A DNA stretch of 64,000 bases from Nitrospira japonica (GTDB lineage Bacteria > Nitrospirota > Thermodesulfovibrionia > Thermodesulfovibrionales > SM23-35): contig DYFC01000017.1 of assembly GCA_020725385.1 (NCBI GenBank), forward strand, positions 48,178 to 112,177. The letters run 5' to 3'. Under the pieces are notes generated by a model. The model had not been told where the DNA came from and made no database searches. It saw only the letters and a program-made list of their open reading frames with translations. Numbering within the stretch: position 1 is the first letter of the stretch; each line of letters starts with the position of its first letter. Shown here one piece after another: positions 1-9,881 of the stretch. A program made the position numbers and the translations under genes.

Positions 1-2
1 CA

Positions 3-1364
3 GGTGGTATTTGGGGTAAGGGTCATAAAAAAGGCATAAAAACAGCAGGATTTTCAGAAAGAGTTAATTTTGGATCATTTGGAACTGTAAAACTCGACCC
101 GACAATTGTAATGCGTATTGAATTAAGCGGCAAAGAAAGAAAAGACTTTTACTGGAGAGGTATGACGCTTGATTATTTTAACGGAATAATGTGGGAGAAT
201 ACGGAAAGTGGAAGGAGATTGATATATAAACGTGAAGGATTTTTTACAATAAAACCTTTTAAAAAAGAAAATACATTAATACAGAAAATTTATCTTGAAC
301 CAATTGATACTGAAATCATCTTCGGAATCCCGTTAATTGTAGCTATTGAAACAAACAGCAGGATCATCTCAATGGATGAAACAAATACAATATATGTACC
401 AATGAAAAAAAATAAACAATTATTTTACACAGTGTATAGCGTTGATGAACCAATTTATTCAGGCTTTATAGAGAAAAAATATCTTCAATTGCCTGAGAGT
501 ATGGATAGAATCAAAGAGCTTGCAAGTAATATAGTTAAAGGAAAAAATAAAACTTTAGATAAAGCTATGGCAATTGAAAAACATCTTAAAGAAAAATACT
601 CTTATACACTTAATGTTCCGGAACCTTCACGTGGAATGAATCCGATTGATGATTTTTTATTTAGGACAAAAAAGGGGTACTGTGAACATTACGCTACTGC
701 AATGGTACTTATGTTAAGGTCTATCGGGATACCTTCCCGTATTGTAACAGGATTTTATGGTGGTGAAATCAATTCTTATGGAGGTTATTTAATAGTCAGG
801 CAAAGTAACGCACATTCCTGGGTGGAGGCAGTTATAGGCAATGAATGGAGAAAATTTGATCCAACTCCTGCAGTTTCTGTTGAAAAACCATCGATAATAA
901 TGCTCTATCTTGATATGATGAAAATGCAATGGAATAGATACGTTGTATCATTTAGTTCGTCGGATCAAAAAAACATTTTTAATTTATTAACATTTCCATT
1001 CAGAATACCTGACATGCCTGATTTCAGATTAAAAAAGATAAAGGATATACTATCCTTCGTTTTAATTGCTCTTATAATAAGCACAATAGCGTTATTAATT
1101 CATAAATCATCAAAGAAAAAACATTATACCTATCCGACAATTCAATATATAAAAGCAATCGGAATATTAAAGAAAAAAGGGATAAAAATAACCGATAAAA
1201 TGACTTCAACTGATATTAGGAGATTTATTAAAAAAGATGGTTTGAAAGAAAAAGTAGAAGAATTAATCACCATGTACGAAGAACATAGATTCGGCAAAAA
1301 GACATTAACTCATGAAGAAAAGAAAAGATATAAAATGCTTTTGAAACAAATAAAAGCAATCTAA
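3..1364 (+). CDS. Transglutaminase-like TgpA/DUF3488 family membrane protein, 5' partial
   Basis: Frame is open from position 3 (GGIWGKG...GFSERVNFG...VMR). Catalytic triad motifs GYCEHYATAM, HSWVE and FDPTP; C-terminal TM segment. Confidence 0.88.
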   Translation, partial: GGIWGKGHKKGIKTAGFSERVNFGSFGTVKLDPTIVMRIELSGKERKDFYWRGMTLDYFNGIMWENTESGRRLIYKREGFFTIKPFKKENTLIQKIYLEPIDTEIIFGIPLIVAIETNSRIISMDETNTIYVPMKKNKQLFYTVYSVDEPIYSGFIEKKYLQLPESMDRIKELASNIVKGKNKTLDKAMAIEKHLKEKYSYTLNVPEPSRGMNPIDDFLFRTKKGYCEHYATAMVLMLRSIGIPSRIVTGFYGGEINSYGGYLIVRQSNAHSWVEAVIGNEWRKFDPTPAVSVEKPSIIMLYLDMMKMQWNRYVVSFSSSDQKNIFNLLTFPFRIPDMPDFRLKKIKDILSFVLIALIISTIALLIHKSSKKKHYTYPTIQYIKAIGILKKKGIKITDKMTSTDIRRFIKKDGLKEKVEELITMYEEHRFGKKTLTHEEKKRYKMLLKQIKAI

Positions 1365-1415
1365 TTTATAAAGTTAGAGCAAAAATATAATATATATGCT
1401 ATCGTAAAAAGTTAT

Positions 1416-2516
1416 ATGTTAGCTTTACGAAACATTTTAAGGAGAAAGGTCAGAACACTAATAACTATTCTTGGTGTAGCGATTGGAATTTCACTTTTTG
1501 TTACTGCAATTTCTTTCAGTCATGGTTTTCAGAAGCAAATGTATGACATAATAAAAAATTACCAGGTTGATATTACTATTCAAAGAAAAGGCTCCCCAAC
1601 TCCTATACATTCAAGAATTACACGGGAAGATTATCAGAGACTTCAAAATATTGAGGAAATAGAGGGGATTTCAAGCATGATTATAGGAACTATAAGGACA
1701 AAATGGAATCCATATTTCATGATAATCGGAGTTTCAAATGACATTTTGAATTATAGGATTGGATTACTTGAGGGCAGGGTAATGCTTCCAGATAAAAAGG
1801 AAGCAATTATTGGCCAGCTTGCTTCTGAAATGTTTAATTATGGAATTAATAGCGAGATTGAGATTGGAGAAGATGAAGTTTATAAAATTACAGGTATATA
1901 TTCTACCTCGATAAGAATAATTGATGGAGCAATTTGCCTTAATTTAGAAGATGTTAGAAGGATACTAAGATTCAGTGATTATGCCAATATGCTTTTTATT
2001 CGTGTTAAACATGATGCCGATCCTGTAACTGTAATACGGAAGATTAACAATAATTTTCCCGAACTTTATGCTGCAAGGAGCAGTGATTTTTCATCTCAAA
2101 TGAGATTAAATAATACTGTTAAAGCTTTTGTATGGGCAATAACTGTTATTTCACTTTTTACTAGTTGCATCATTGTAAGCAATACATTAATTATGTCTAT
2201 AACCGAAAGGACACGTGAAATAGGTATCCTTGTGGCTGTCGGATGGAGCAGACTCAGAATAATCAAAATGATTATGAATGAAGCATTGTTGATAAGTTTT
2301 GCAGGGTGTCTTCTTGGAAATATTATCGGGATAATTCAATTGTGGATACTTAATTATGTAAATATAGCAGGACCGGGGTGGATTCCTGTTTCAATATCAT
2401 TCTGGATATTTCTTCAATCTATTATATTCTCCACCATTGTTGGTGTTTTAAGTGCTATTTCACCAGCAATAATAGCGTCGAAATTACTTCCTGCAGAAGC
2501 ATTAAGATATGAATAA
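1416..2516 (+). CDS. ABC transporter permease, MacB/FtsX family
   Basis: N-terminal RNILRRKVRTLITILGVAIGI, ERTREIGILVAVGW, C-terminal PAEALRYE. Confidence 0.9.
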   Translation: MLALRNILRRKVRTLITILGVAIGISLFVTAISFSHGFQKQMYDIIKNYQVDITIQRKGSPTPIHSRITREDYQRLQNIEEIEGISSMIIGTIRTKWNPYFMIIGVSNDILNYRIGLLEGRVMLPDKKEAIIGQLASEMFNYGINSEIEIGEDEVYKITGIYSTSIRIIDGAICLNLEDVRRILRFSDYANMLFIRVKHDADPVTVIRKINNNFPELYAARSSDFSSQMRLNNTVKAFVWAITVISLFTSCIIVSNTLIMSITERTREIGILVAVGWSRLRIIKMIMNEALLISFAGCLLGNIIGIIQLWILNYVNIAGPGWIPVSISFWIFLQSIIFSTIVGVLSAISPAIIASKLLPAEALRYE

Positions 2517-2551
2517 TCCGGATATTTTTATGGAAATACTATATTAATATT

Positions 2552-3142
2552 ATGAAAATTAAAAGTTTCGATATTTTTATTTTTTTTAATATTATTCTTT
2601 TTATACTAATGTGCATATTTGTATATTACGATAGATTTATACTTTATAGAGGGTCAGAAAATATTCTCGAATTTTATGCATATGCTTTTTTTGATCTTTT
2701 AATAATAACAATATGCTGGATATATTTTAGGAATTATGAAATAAATTTGATTACGCTCTGTCTTATAGAATTCGGAATACTTATTCATTTTGGAGGTGGT
2801 CTTATAAATATTGATGGCAAAAGGCTGTACGATAATTATTTTTTCCAGATACGCTATGATAAGTATGTTCATTTTATAAATTCATTTATTGCATGTGTAA
2901 TTACAAGAAAAGTACTTAATAATTTTGGTTTCAGTATAAGAAGACTTGAAGGGTTTGTAGTGATTTTGATTGTTCTTGGTATGGGGGCTTTAATCGAAAT
3001 AGTAGAGTATATTGTTGTCAGTACAGTGCCAGGTGCAGGAGTTGGAGGCTATGACAATAATATGCAGGACATGATTGCTAATTTTGCCGGAGGGACATTT
3101 TATTCAATAATAAAGAGATTAATACAAAAATTTTATCTTTAA
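2552..3142 (+). CDS. Integral membrane protein, DUF2238-like
   Basis: Several TM segments with H..GG, RYDKYVHF, EIVEY and DNNMQDMIAN motifs. Confidence 0.7.
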   Translation: MKIKSFDIFIFFNIILFILMCIFVYYDRFILYRGSENILEFYAYAFFDLLIITICWIYFRNYEINLITLCLIEFGILIHFGGGLINIDGKRLYDNYFFQIRYDKYVHFINSFIACVITRKVLNNFGFSIRRLEGFVVILIVLGMGALIEIVEYIVVSTVPGAGVGGYDNNMQDMIANFAGGTFYSIIKRLIQKFYL

Positions 3143-3158
3143 TTCGGTTAATTTCAGG

Positions 3159-3827
3159 CTAAACATAATAGTCTTCATCTTTTTGCCAGCCATGCTTTCC
3201 AATTAAAGGCACAAAAACACATGGTGTATGTGTTTCTTTCTCAAGTTTACCTTTTGATTTTATGACTTTAAGAAGAACTTGTGAAAATCTATCCCCGACA
3301 GGCGCAATTATTATTCCATTGTTATCTGAAAGCTGCTCAATTAAAGGCTGTGGTATTTGAGGTGTTCCGGCAGTTATTAATATTCTGTCAAAAGGTGATT
3401 TTTCTTCCCATCCCAATGTCCCATCACCTGTTTTTATGTTTATATTTTTATAGAAAAGCGAATTTAAGATATTTTTTGCACTTTCCGCAAGTTGTTCGAT
3501 ACGTTCAATGGAATATACTTCTTTTGCAAGTTCAGCGAGAATTGCTGTCTGGTATCCTGATCCAGTTCCTATTTCAAGCACTTTTTCATCTCCTTTGAGC
3601 TCAAGAAGTTCTGTCATTATAGCTACCATATATGGTTGGGAAATTGTTTGACCTTCTCCAATTGAAAGAGCCATGTCATCATAGGCTCTTGGTTGTATAT
3701 TTTCCGGAACGAACAAATGTCTTGGAACTTTTCTCATGGCATCAAGGACACGATCATCGCTGATACCACGGGGTATCAGCTGGGTTCTAACCATATATTC
3801 TCTTAAATCTTTAAAATCCATCATCAT
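3159..3827 (-). CDS. pcm: Protein-L-isoaspartate O-methyltransferase
   Basis: VPRHLFV, GQTISQPYMVA, VLEIGTGSGYQTA, FVPLIG; located next to surE. Confidence 0.96.
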   Translation of the reverse strand: MMMDFKDLREYMVRTQLIPRGISDDRVLDAMRKVPRHLFVPENIQPRAYDDMALSIGEGQTISQPYMVAIMTELLELKGDEKVLEIGTGSGYQTAILAELAKEVYSIERIEQLAESAKNILNSLFYKNINIKTGDGTLGWEEKSPFDRILITAGTPQIPQPLIEQLSDNNGIIIAPVGDRFSQVLLKVIKSKGKLEKETHTPCVFVPLIGKHGWQKDEDYYV

Positions 3828-5203
3828 ATCCTCTTTAGTATTTCTCTTGCAGCGATTACTCCTGAAGCAGAAGCCTGTATTAATCCTCTGCTTACACCTG
3901 CGCCATCTCCCACTGCAAAAAGATTTCTAATCTCAGTTTCGAGTTGATTAGAAAGTTTCAATTGTATTGAATAAAATTTTACCTCAACTCCATATAAAAG
4001 TGTATGCTCTGAATTAACACCAGAAGCAATACAATCAAGCGCTTCGATCATTTCTGTAATATCTGCAAGATAACGATAAGGGAGTGCAAAGCTAAGATCG
4101 CCCGGAGTTGCATCAGACAATGTTGGAACAACTTCTCCTTTTTCAATTCTTTCAGCAGTTGATCTTCTGCCATTTTTCAGATCTCCCAGACGTTGAACCA
4201 GTACACCTTTGCCAAGTAGATTAGCGAGTCCTGCTATATATCTTCCATAAGATATAGGATCTTTAAAGGGTTCTGTGAATGTAGTGCTTACAAGAATCGC
4301 AAAATTTGTATTTAATGTTTTTTTGTCAGTATAGCTGTGACCGTTAACTGTCCATATACCTTTTAAATATTCTTTTACTACCTCTCCATAAGGATTTACA
4401 CAGAAAGTTCTTACTCGATCATTAAATTTTTTTGATTTAAAAATAAGTTTTGGTTCGTATGTAATTTCTGTTATTTTTTCAAGCACTTTCGCGGGCAATT
4501 CTACTCTAACACCAATGTCAACCGGATTTTGAAGTACAGGAAGTTTTAAACGTTTCACCTCTTTTTCAAGCCATCTTGAACCTTCACGCCCGGGTGCGAG
4601 AATGAGGTATTCAGAAAAATATTTTGTGCCATTCTTTAATTTTATACCGCAGACACTGTTTCTATGCATCAATATCTTTTCAGCTTCGGATAAAAATAAA
4701 ATATCTATTTTATCTTTAATATATGCTTTTATATTTTCAAGAACAATTCTGCATCTGTCAGTTCCTATATGCCTTATCTTTGACGGGATTAAAGATAAAT
4801 CATATTTTAAGGCAATCGAAGAAAGATTTTTAATTGCTTCTTTATCTTCACCATAAATATGGTCAGGGGCACCATATTTAACATAGATACTATCCGTGTA
4901 ATTTATTAAATCTTCGAGCGAATTTTTATCAATATATCTCGAAAGAAAACCACCAATATCAGTCGAAAGTGTGAGCTTACCATCACTAAAAGCACCTGCT
5001 CCTCCCCAACCACTCAAAAGTGCGCACTCAGGACAGGTCATGCATTTTGTTTTTTTAACCTTCATCGGGCAGATTCTATTATGAATATCTTTGCCTTTAT
5101 CTATCATTAAAATGTGTAAATTATTATCTTCTCTGAGAAGTTCAAGAGCAGCAAATATACCGGCAGGACCCGCACCTACAATTATGACATCATATCTTTT
5201 CAT
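3824..5203 (-). CDS. NAD(P)/FAD-dependent oxidoreductase with Cys cluster
   Basis: VIIVGAGPAG Rossmann motif, C-x7-CxxCxxC, GWGGAGAFSDGK, GDGAGVSRG. Confidence 0.85.
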   Translation of the reverse strand: MKRYDVIIVGAGPAGIFAALELLREDNNLHILMIDKGKDIHNRICPMKVKKTKCMTCPECALLSGWGGAGAFSDGKLTLSTDIGGFLSRYIDKNSLEDLINYTDSIYVKYGAPDHIYGEDKEAIKNLSSIALKYDLSLIPSKIRHIGTDRCRIVLENIKAYIKDKIDILFLSEAEKILMHRNSVCGIKLKNGTKYFSEYLILAPGREGSRWLEKEVKRLKLPVLQNPVDIGVRVELPAKVLEKITEITYEPKLIFKSKKFNDRVRTFCVNPYGEVVKEYLKGIWTVNGHSYTDKKTLNTNFAILVSTTFTEPFKDPISYGRYIAGLANLLGKGVLVQRLGDLKNGRRSTAERIEKGEVVPTLSDATPGDLSFALPYRYLADITEMIEALDCIASGVNSEHTLLYGVEVKFYSIQLKLSNQLETEIRNLFAVGDGAGVSRGLIQASASGVIAAREILKRI

Positions 5204-5206
5204 GTA

Positions 5207-5971
5207 TTATATTTTAATCTTAAATCTATTTTGCAGAAACTTCAGTGCATCATAATTTGTCAGGTCAAGATGAATTGGCGTAACAGAGACATAGTTATCG
5301 AGAATAGCCTGAATGTCGGTATCTTCACCATGTTCCCAGTATGGCATTCCACCGCCTATCCAATAATGCTTTTCTCCATGTGGGTCAAATGTTTCATGAA
5401 TTGAACCATCATATACTCTCTTCCCTTGACGTGTAAGTTTAAATCCTTTGAGATTGTTTATTGGTATATCGGGTACATTTACATTGAGAAATGTATCATA
5501 AGGAAGGGAATTTTCAAGTATATACTTACCGATTTCGACCGCAACTTTCGAGGCAGTATCAAAATTAAAGGGTAGACCGGGTTTTTTACTTAATACAAGA
5601 GAGATAGCAAAAGCAGGAATACCCATTATTGTGCTTTCAATAGCAGCTGAAACTGTTCCAGAGTAAGTTATATCATCACCAAGGTTTGCTCCTTTATTTA
5701 TTCCTGAGACAACAAATGCTGGTTTATCAGGAATGATTTTATTTATACCAACTGCAACACAATCAGTAGGGGTGCCATTCAGACTAAATATATGATCATC
5801 AAGATGTTCTACTTTTAAGGGTCTATGCATTGTCAGAGCATGACTTACAGCGCTTCTTTCTCTGTCTGGAGCAACAACATAAACATCACCGATTTCTTTC
5901 ATTATTTTATAAAGTGAAATAATACCGGGAGAATGAACCCCGTCATCATTTGTAACAAGAATTATATTCAT
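5207..5971 (-). CDS. surE: 5'/3'-nucleotidase SurE (start placed at MNIILVTNDDG)
   Basis: LVTNDDG, GTPTDCV, SGINKGANLG, YSGTVSAA, VSVTPIHLDLT. Confidence 0.96.
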   Translation of the reverse strand: MNIILVTNDDGVHSPGIISLYKIMKEIGDVYVVAPDRERSAVSHALTMHRPLKVEHLDDHIFSLNGTPTDCVAVGINKIIPDKPAFVVSGINKGANLGDDITYSGTVSAAIESTIMGIPAFAISLVLSKKPGLPFNFDTASKVAVEIGKYILENSLPYDTFLNVNVPDIPINNLKGFKLTRQGKRVYDGSIHETFDPHGEKHYWIGGGMPYWEHGEDTDIQAILDNYVSVTPIHLDLTNYDALKFLQNRFKIKI

Positions 5972-6156
5972 ATGATATTGTATCAAAAATATTGATGTTG
6001 TGTAATATTTTGATAAAAAGCTTGCTCTAATTGCTATTTTTATGCAAAATATATAGGTGCTTTTTTCAAAAATTCATCCTGAAGGGGTTGGGAGAAGGAT
6101 GAGCTTAATAATTTTAAAGAACAATTATCTCAGATATTTTTGTCTTTATAAATCAA

Positions 6157-7197
6157 ATGGAACAAAAACTAACTTATAAAAAATCCGGTGTTGATATTGA
6201 TGAAGGTGAACGTTTTGTTCATATTATTTCACCGATGGTCAAAAAGACGTTCCGTAAGGAAGTCTTAACCGGAATAGGTTCTTTTAATGCTCTTTTTAAT
6301 ATTGATACCCGAAAATACAAATCACCTGTTCTTGTAAGCGGAACAGATGGTGTAGGGACAAAACTTAAAATTGCTTTTATGATGGATAAACATGACACCG
6401 TGGGGATTGACCTTGTTGCCATGTGTGTCAATGATATTCTTACAAGTGGTGCCGAACCTTTATTTTTCCTTGATTACTTTGCTTCCGGTAAATTGAATTC
6501 AAAAACAGCTATTAATGTAATTAAAGGTATAGTTAAAGGATGTAAGGAGGCAGGCTGTGCTTTGGTTGGTGGAGAAACAGCAGAAATGCCGGGATTTTAT
6601 CCCGAGAACGAATATGATCTTTCAGGGTTTGCTGTTGGAGTAGTTGAAAAAAAAGAAATAATTAATGGCTCAAGAATAAGACAAGGGGATTTGCTTATAG
6701 GTATTGCTTCTGATGGTATTCATAGTAACGGATATTCATTGGTTCGTAAGTTGTTTTTTGATATAAAAAAAATGAAAGTTGATACCTATTTCCCAGAATT
6801 AAAAAAGACTCTTGGTGAAGAATTACTAAGACCGACTAAGATTTATGTTAAAGCATTTATGGCTTTAAAGAATCAAGTTGATATTAAAGGAATGGCACAT
6901 ATTACAGGCGGAGGGATTCCCGGAAACTTACCAAGAATTTTTCCAAGAGGTATAAGTGCTGTAATTAAAGAAAATTCATGGGATGTCCCGGAGATTTTTA
7001 AGATTATAAGAGAAATGGGAAATGTGCCTAAAGATGATATGAGAAGAACCTTTAATATGGGTATTGGATATATTATAGTAGTACCTGAAGTTGATGCATA
7101 TAATGCATTGAAAATATTAAAAAAAATAGGTTATAAGTCTTTTCTTATTGGAAATATTGTGAAAGGAGGTAAAGATGTTAGATATTCTGAAAATTAA
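6157..7197 (+). CDS. purM: Phosphoribosylformylglycinamidine cyclo-ligase
   Basis: YKKSGVDI, GTDGVGTK, GGETAEMPG, HSNGYSLVRK, HITGGG, TFNMGIG. Confidence 0.97.
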   Translation: MEQKLTYKKSGVDIDEGERFVHIISPMVKKTFRKEVLTGIGSFNALFNIDTRKYKSPVLVSGTDGVGTKLKIAFMMDKHDTVGIDLVAMCVNDILTSGAEPLFFLDYFASGKLNSKTAINVIKGIVKGCKEAGCALVGGETAEMPGFYPENEYDLSGFAVGVVEKKEIINGSRIRQGDLLIGIASDGIHSNGYSLVRKLFFDIKKMKVDTYFPELKKTLGEELLRPTKIYVKAFMALKNQVDIKGMAHITGGGIPGNLPRIFPRGISAVIKENSWDVPEIFKIIREMGNVPKDDMRRTFNMGIGYIIVVPEVDAYNALKILKKIGYKSFLIGNIVKGGKDVRYSEN

Positions 7198-8026
7198 GAA
7201 TTTTCTAAGAAAAGTATTTACCCCTGTAACTATAATGTTTGTTCCTCACAGTAAGACCGAACCTTTGAACTTCAAGGTGCCTTTTATAGGAATTTTTACA
7301 ATTGTTATTCTATGTTGTTTTGGTATTGTATATATAAGTATTATTGCAGTTAATACTTATGAATACTATAGAATGAAAAATAAATTAAATTATTATTCTC
7401 AACAATTTACGGAACTAAATTCAACTATTACTTCATTAAAAAAAGCTGATGATGATTTCAGGCAGTTGTTTTCACTCAAAAATAGGGATAGAATCTTGGA
7501 GCACGCTGATGTTATCGATAGCGGCTCCATAGATTTAGATATGGAAAGCTTAAAGAAACAGATTAGCAAAACTATTGAAAATATAGATGAAATAAAAAAA
7601 TATTTGCGTTCTGAAAGAGATATATATCTATCCACGCCAAAGGGTTTTCCTGTAAATGGTAATATATCTTCTCCATATGGAATGAGAGAACATCCAAATA
7701 CAGGTTACAGAGATTTTCATTCAGGGATAGATATTTCAACTGATTCCGGTACTCCTGTGAAAGCAACTGCGGATGGTATTGTTACTTTTGCCGGTTGGAA
7801 TGGTGGAAGCGGCAATCTTGTAGCTATTGAACATGGACATGGATTTTCTACCTTTTATGCACATAATCGGTCAATTAATGTTAGAGTGGGACAAAAAGTA
7901 AAAAGAGGTGAGGTTATAAGTTATTCCGGTTCAACAGGAAATTCAACGGGACCACATGTCCATTATGAAATATGGAAAAATGGAAGAGCAGTAAATCCTT
8001 ATGAATACATAAAAGGGAGGTCATGA
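7175..8026 (+). CDS. M23 family metallopeptidase (TM + coiled coil + LytM domain)
   Basis: HSGID (HxxxD), YAHN, GPHVHYE (HxH); strong SD AGGAGG upstream. Confidence 0.93.
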   Translation: MLDILKIKNFLRKVFTPVTIMFVPHSKTEPLNFKVPFIGIFTIVILCCFGIVYISIIAVNTYEYYRMKNKLNYYSQQFTELNSTITSLKKADDDFRQLFSLKNRDRILEHADVIDSGSIDLDMESLKKQISKTIENIDEIKKYLRSERDIYLSTPKGFPVNGNISSPYGMREHPNTGYRDFHSGIDISTDSGTPVKATADGIVTFAGWNGGSGNLVAIEHGHGFSTFYAHNRSINVRVGQKVKRGEVISYSGSTGNSTGPHVHYEIWKNGRAVNPYEYIKGRS

Positions 8027-8394
8027 TGTTTTCCCGTAATTCTGAAAAACTTGAGGCATTAATTGGTGTTAATACAGAATTTAGAGGCAATATTGACACA
8101 AAAGGAACTCTTAGAATTGATGGTATTTTCGAAGGAAATATTAATGCTGATTGGGTAATACTCGGTGAAAAAGCTTCAGTAAAAGGAGACATTGAATCAA
8201 GAGGCATTGTTGTTGGAGGAAAAATAGAGGGAAACTTAAAAGCAAAAGAAATAGTTGAGATAAAATCAAAAGGTCAGGTTTTGGGGGATATTCATACAAC
8301 AAAGTTAACAGTGATTGAGGGTGGAATTTTCGATGGAAGGTCAACAATGATAAAAGAAGGATCGAATGTTGTTGAATTCCAGGTAAAAAATTAA
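8023..8394 (+). CDS. Bactofilin (polymer-forming cytoskeletal protein, CcmA family)
   Basis: Beta-helix pattern LIG...FRGNI...LRIDG.FEGNI...V.GDI...IEGGIFDG. Confidence 0.92.
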   Translation: MMFSRNSEKLEALIGVNTEFRGNIDTKGTLRIDGIFEGNINADWVILGEKASVKGDIESRGIVVGGKIEGNLKAKEIVEIKSKGQVLGDIHTTKLTVIEGGIFDGRSTMIKEGSNVVEFQVKN

Positions 8395-8442
8395 TTAGCC
8401 TAAAATGCAGTTTGAGAATTCTGTATAAAGTTCAGATAATAT

Positions 8443-8476
8443 AAAAAATGAGGGTAGTTTTAGCTACCCTCTTTTT
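8443..8476. terminator. Bidirectional intrinsic terminator
   Basis: GAGGGTAG-ttttag-CTACCCTC (8450-8471) with T5 on the plus side and A6 on the other side. Confidence 0.85.
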
Positions 8477-8527
8477 GCCTCTGGATTGCACCCGATAACC
8501 CAGAGCATATACGGTGTTTGACCCACT
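8443..8527 (-). ncRNA. Putative orphan small RNA (~85 nt)
   Basis: Lies between a near-consensus sigma70 promoter (8534-8562) and the terminator. Internal hairpin CTCTGG...CCAGAG; no convincing ORF. Confidence 0.55.
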
Positions 8528-8533
8528 TAAATT

Positions 8534-8562
8534 ATGTTAGCATATGCTTTAATATGTGTCAA
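8534..8562 (-). promoter_or_regulatory. Sigma70-type promoter with extended -10
   Basis: TTGACA-17 nt-TAACAT, with TG just upstream of the -10 box. Confidence 0.7.
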
Positions 8563-8570
8563 CAATAATA

Positions 8571-9881
8571 TTATGCTTTGATTATTTTTTTACTTTTGAT
8601 ATTTTTAATGGCATTTCTTGTATCAATTATAAGTGAACTGTTTTTTAGAATGAAATGGTAATTATATTTTGAATGGTCTGTAACTATTACAACACAGTCA
8701 TATTGTTTAAGCTTTCTTTCTGTTAATGGAACACTTTTCATAGAAAGTTCAGGATAATGTCTCATGCCTGAAAATGAAGGAATATACGGGTCATTATAAT
8801 CAACTTTTGCCCCTTTGTCTTTTAAGATGCTTATTATTTCAACTGCAGGTGATTCGCGGATGTCATCAGTGTCTTTTTTGTAAGCAACTCCGAGAATTAG
8901 GATTTTTGATTTTTTTAAGCATTTGCCATGCATGTTTAATCCATCTAAAATTTTTGAGACTACATATTCTGGCATACTTGTATTTATTTCGCCAGCAAGT
9001 TCTATAAAGCGGGTGTTAAAATCATATTCCTTTGCTTTCCATGATAAATAAAAAGGATCAATCGGTATGCAATGACCTCCTAGCCCGGGTCCGGGATAGA
9101 ATGGCATAAAACCAAAAGGCTTTGTTGATGAAGCATCTATAACTTCCCAAATATCGATTCCCATTTTATCAGAGAGGATTTTTAGTTCATTTACAAGTGC
9201 GATATTTACACTTCTGAATATATTTTCAAGTAGCTTTGTAAATTCAGCAACTTCAGGAGAGGAAACCGGAATAATTTTATTAATAACCTGTTCATATAAG
9301 ACTCTACCTATTTCTGTGCAATATCTGCTTATACCTCCGACTACTTTCGGAATATTTTTAGTGTTAAATTTTGGATTACCAGGGTCTTCTCTTTCTGGAG
9401 AAAAAACTAAGTAAAAGTCTTTTCCGACTTTTAATCCTTTTTTTTCAAATTCTGGAAGAAGTATTTCCCTTGTAGTTCCAGGATATGTTGTACTTTCAAG
9501 AGATATCAGATGATTTCTTCTTAAATATTTAGCAATTTCAAGTGTAGTATTTTTGATATAACTTAGATCAGGTTCTTTGTTCTTTTTTAAAGGTGTTGGA
9601 ACGCAGATTATTATACAATCTGTATTCCTGAGCCTTGAATAATCTGTTGTAGCTTCAAATAATTTTTTTTCTCTGACAGCCAAAATATTCTCAGAAGGAA
9701 TATGTTTTATATAACTTATACTATTATTGAGTTTCTGAACTTTTTTTATATCAATATCAAATCCTGTTACTTTAAATTGCTCCTGTGAAAAACGAATACA
9801 TAATGGAAGTCCAACATAGCCAAGGCCGATAACACCAACAGTTGCTTCTCTGTCCTTTATTTTCTGAATTAAATTTTTCAA
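8571..9881 (-). CDS. Nucleotide-sugar dehydrogenase (UDP-GlcNAc 6-dehydrogenase, WbpA-like)
   Basis: GLGYVGLP, ICVPTP, ESTTYPGTT, FSPEREDPGN, GGHCIPIDPFYL. Confidence 0.93.
   Translation of the reverse strand: MKNLIQKIKDREATVGVIGLGYVGLPLCIRFSQEQFKVTGFDIDIKKVQKLNNSISYIKHIPSENILAVREKKLFEATTDYSRLRNTDCIIICVPTPLKKNKEPDLSYIKNTTLEIAKYLRRNHLISLESTTYPGTTREILLPEFEKKGLKVGKDFYLVFSPEREDPGNPKFNTKNIPKVVGGISRYCTEIGRVLYEQVINKIIPVSSPEVAEFTKLLENIFRSVNIALVNELKILSDKMGIDIWEVIDASSTKPFGFMPFYPGPGLGGHCIPIDPFYLSWKAKEYDFNTRFIELAGEINTSMPEYVVSKILDGLNMHGKCLKKSKILILGVAYKKDTDDIRESPAVEIISILKDKGAKVDYNDPYIPSFSGMRHYPELSMKSVPLTERKLKQYDCVVIVTDHSKYNYHFILKNSSLIIDTRNAIKNIKSKKIIKA

Noticed and set aside
8450-8476. preQ1-I riboswitch-like look of GAGGGTAGTTTTAGCTACCCTC
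   Set aside because: No A-rich 3' tail and no downstream queuosine gene; it is a bidirectional terminator.
8478-8527. c-di-GMP-I riboswitch similarity (GGTCAAAC...GGGTGCAA)
   Set aside because: Lacks the GNRA tetraloop/receptor architecture and has no downstream gene in that orientation.
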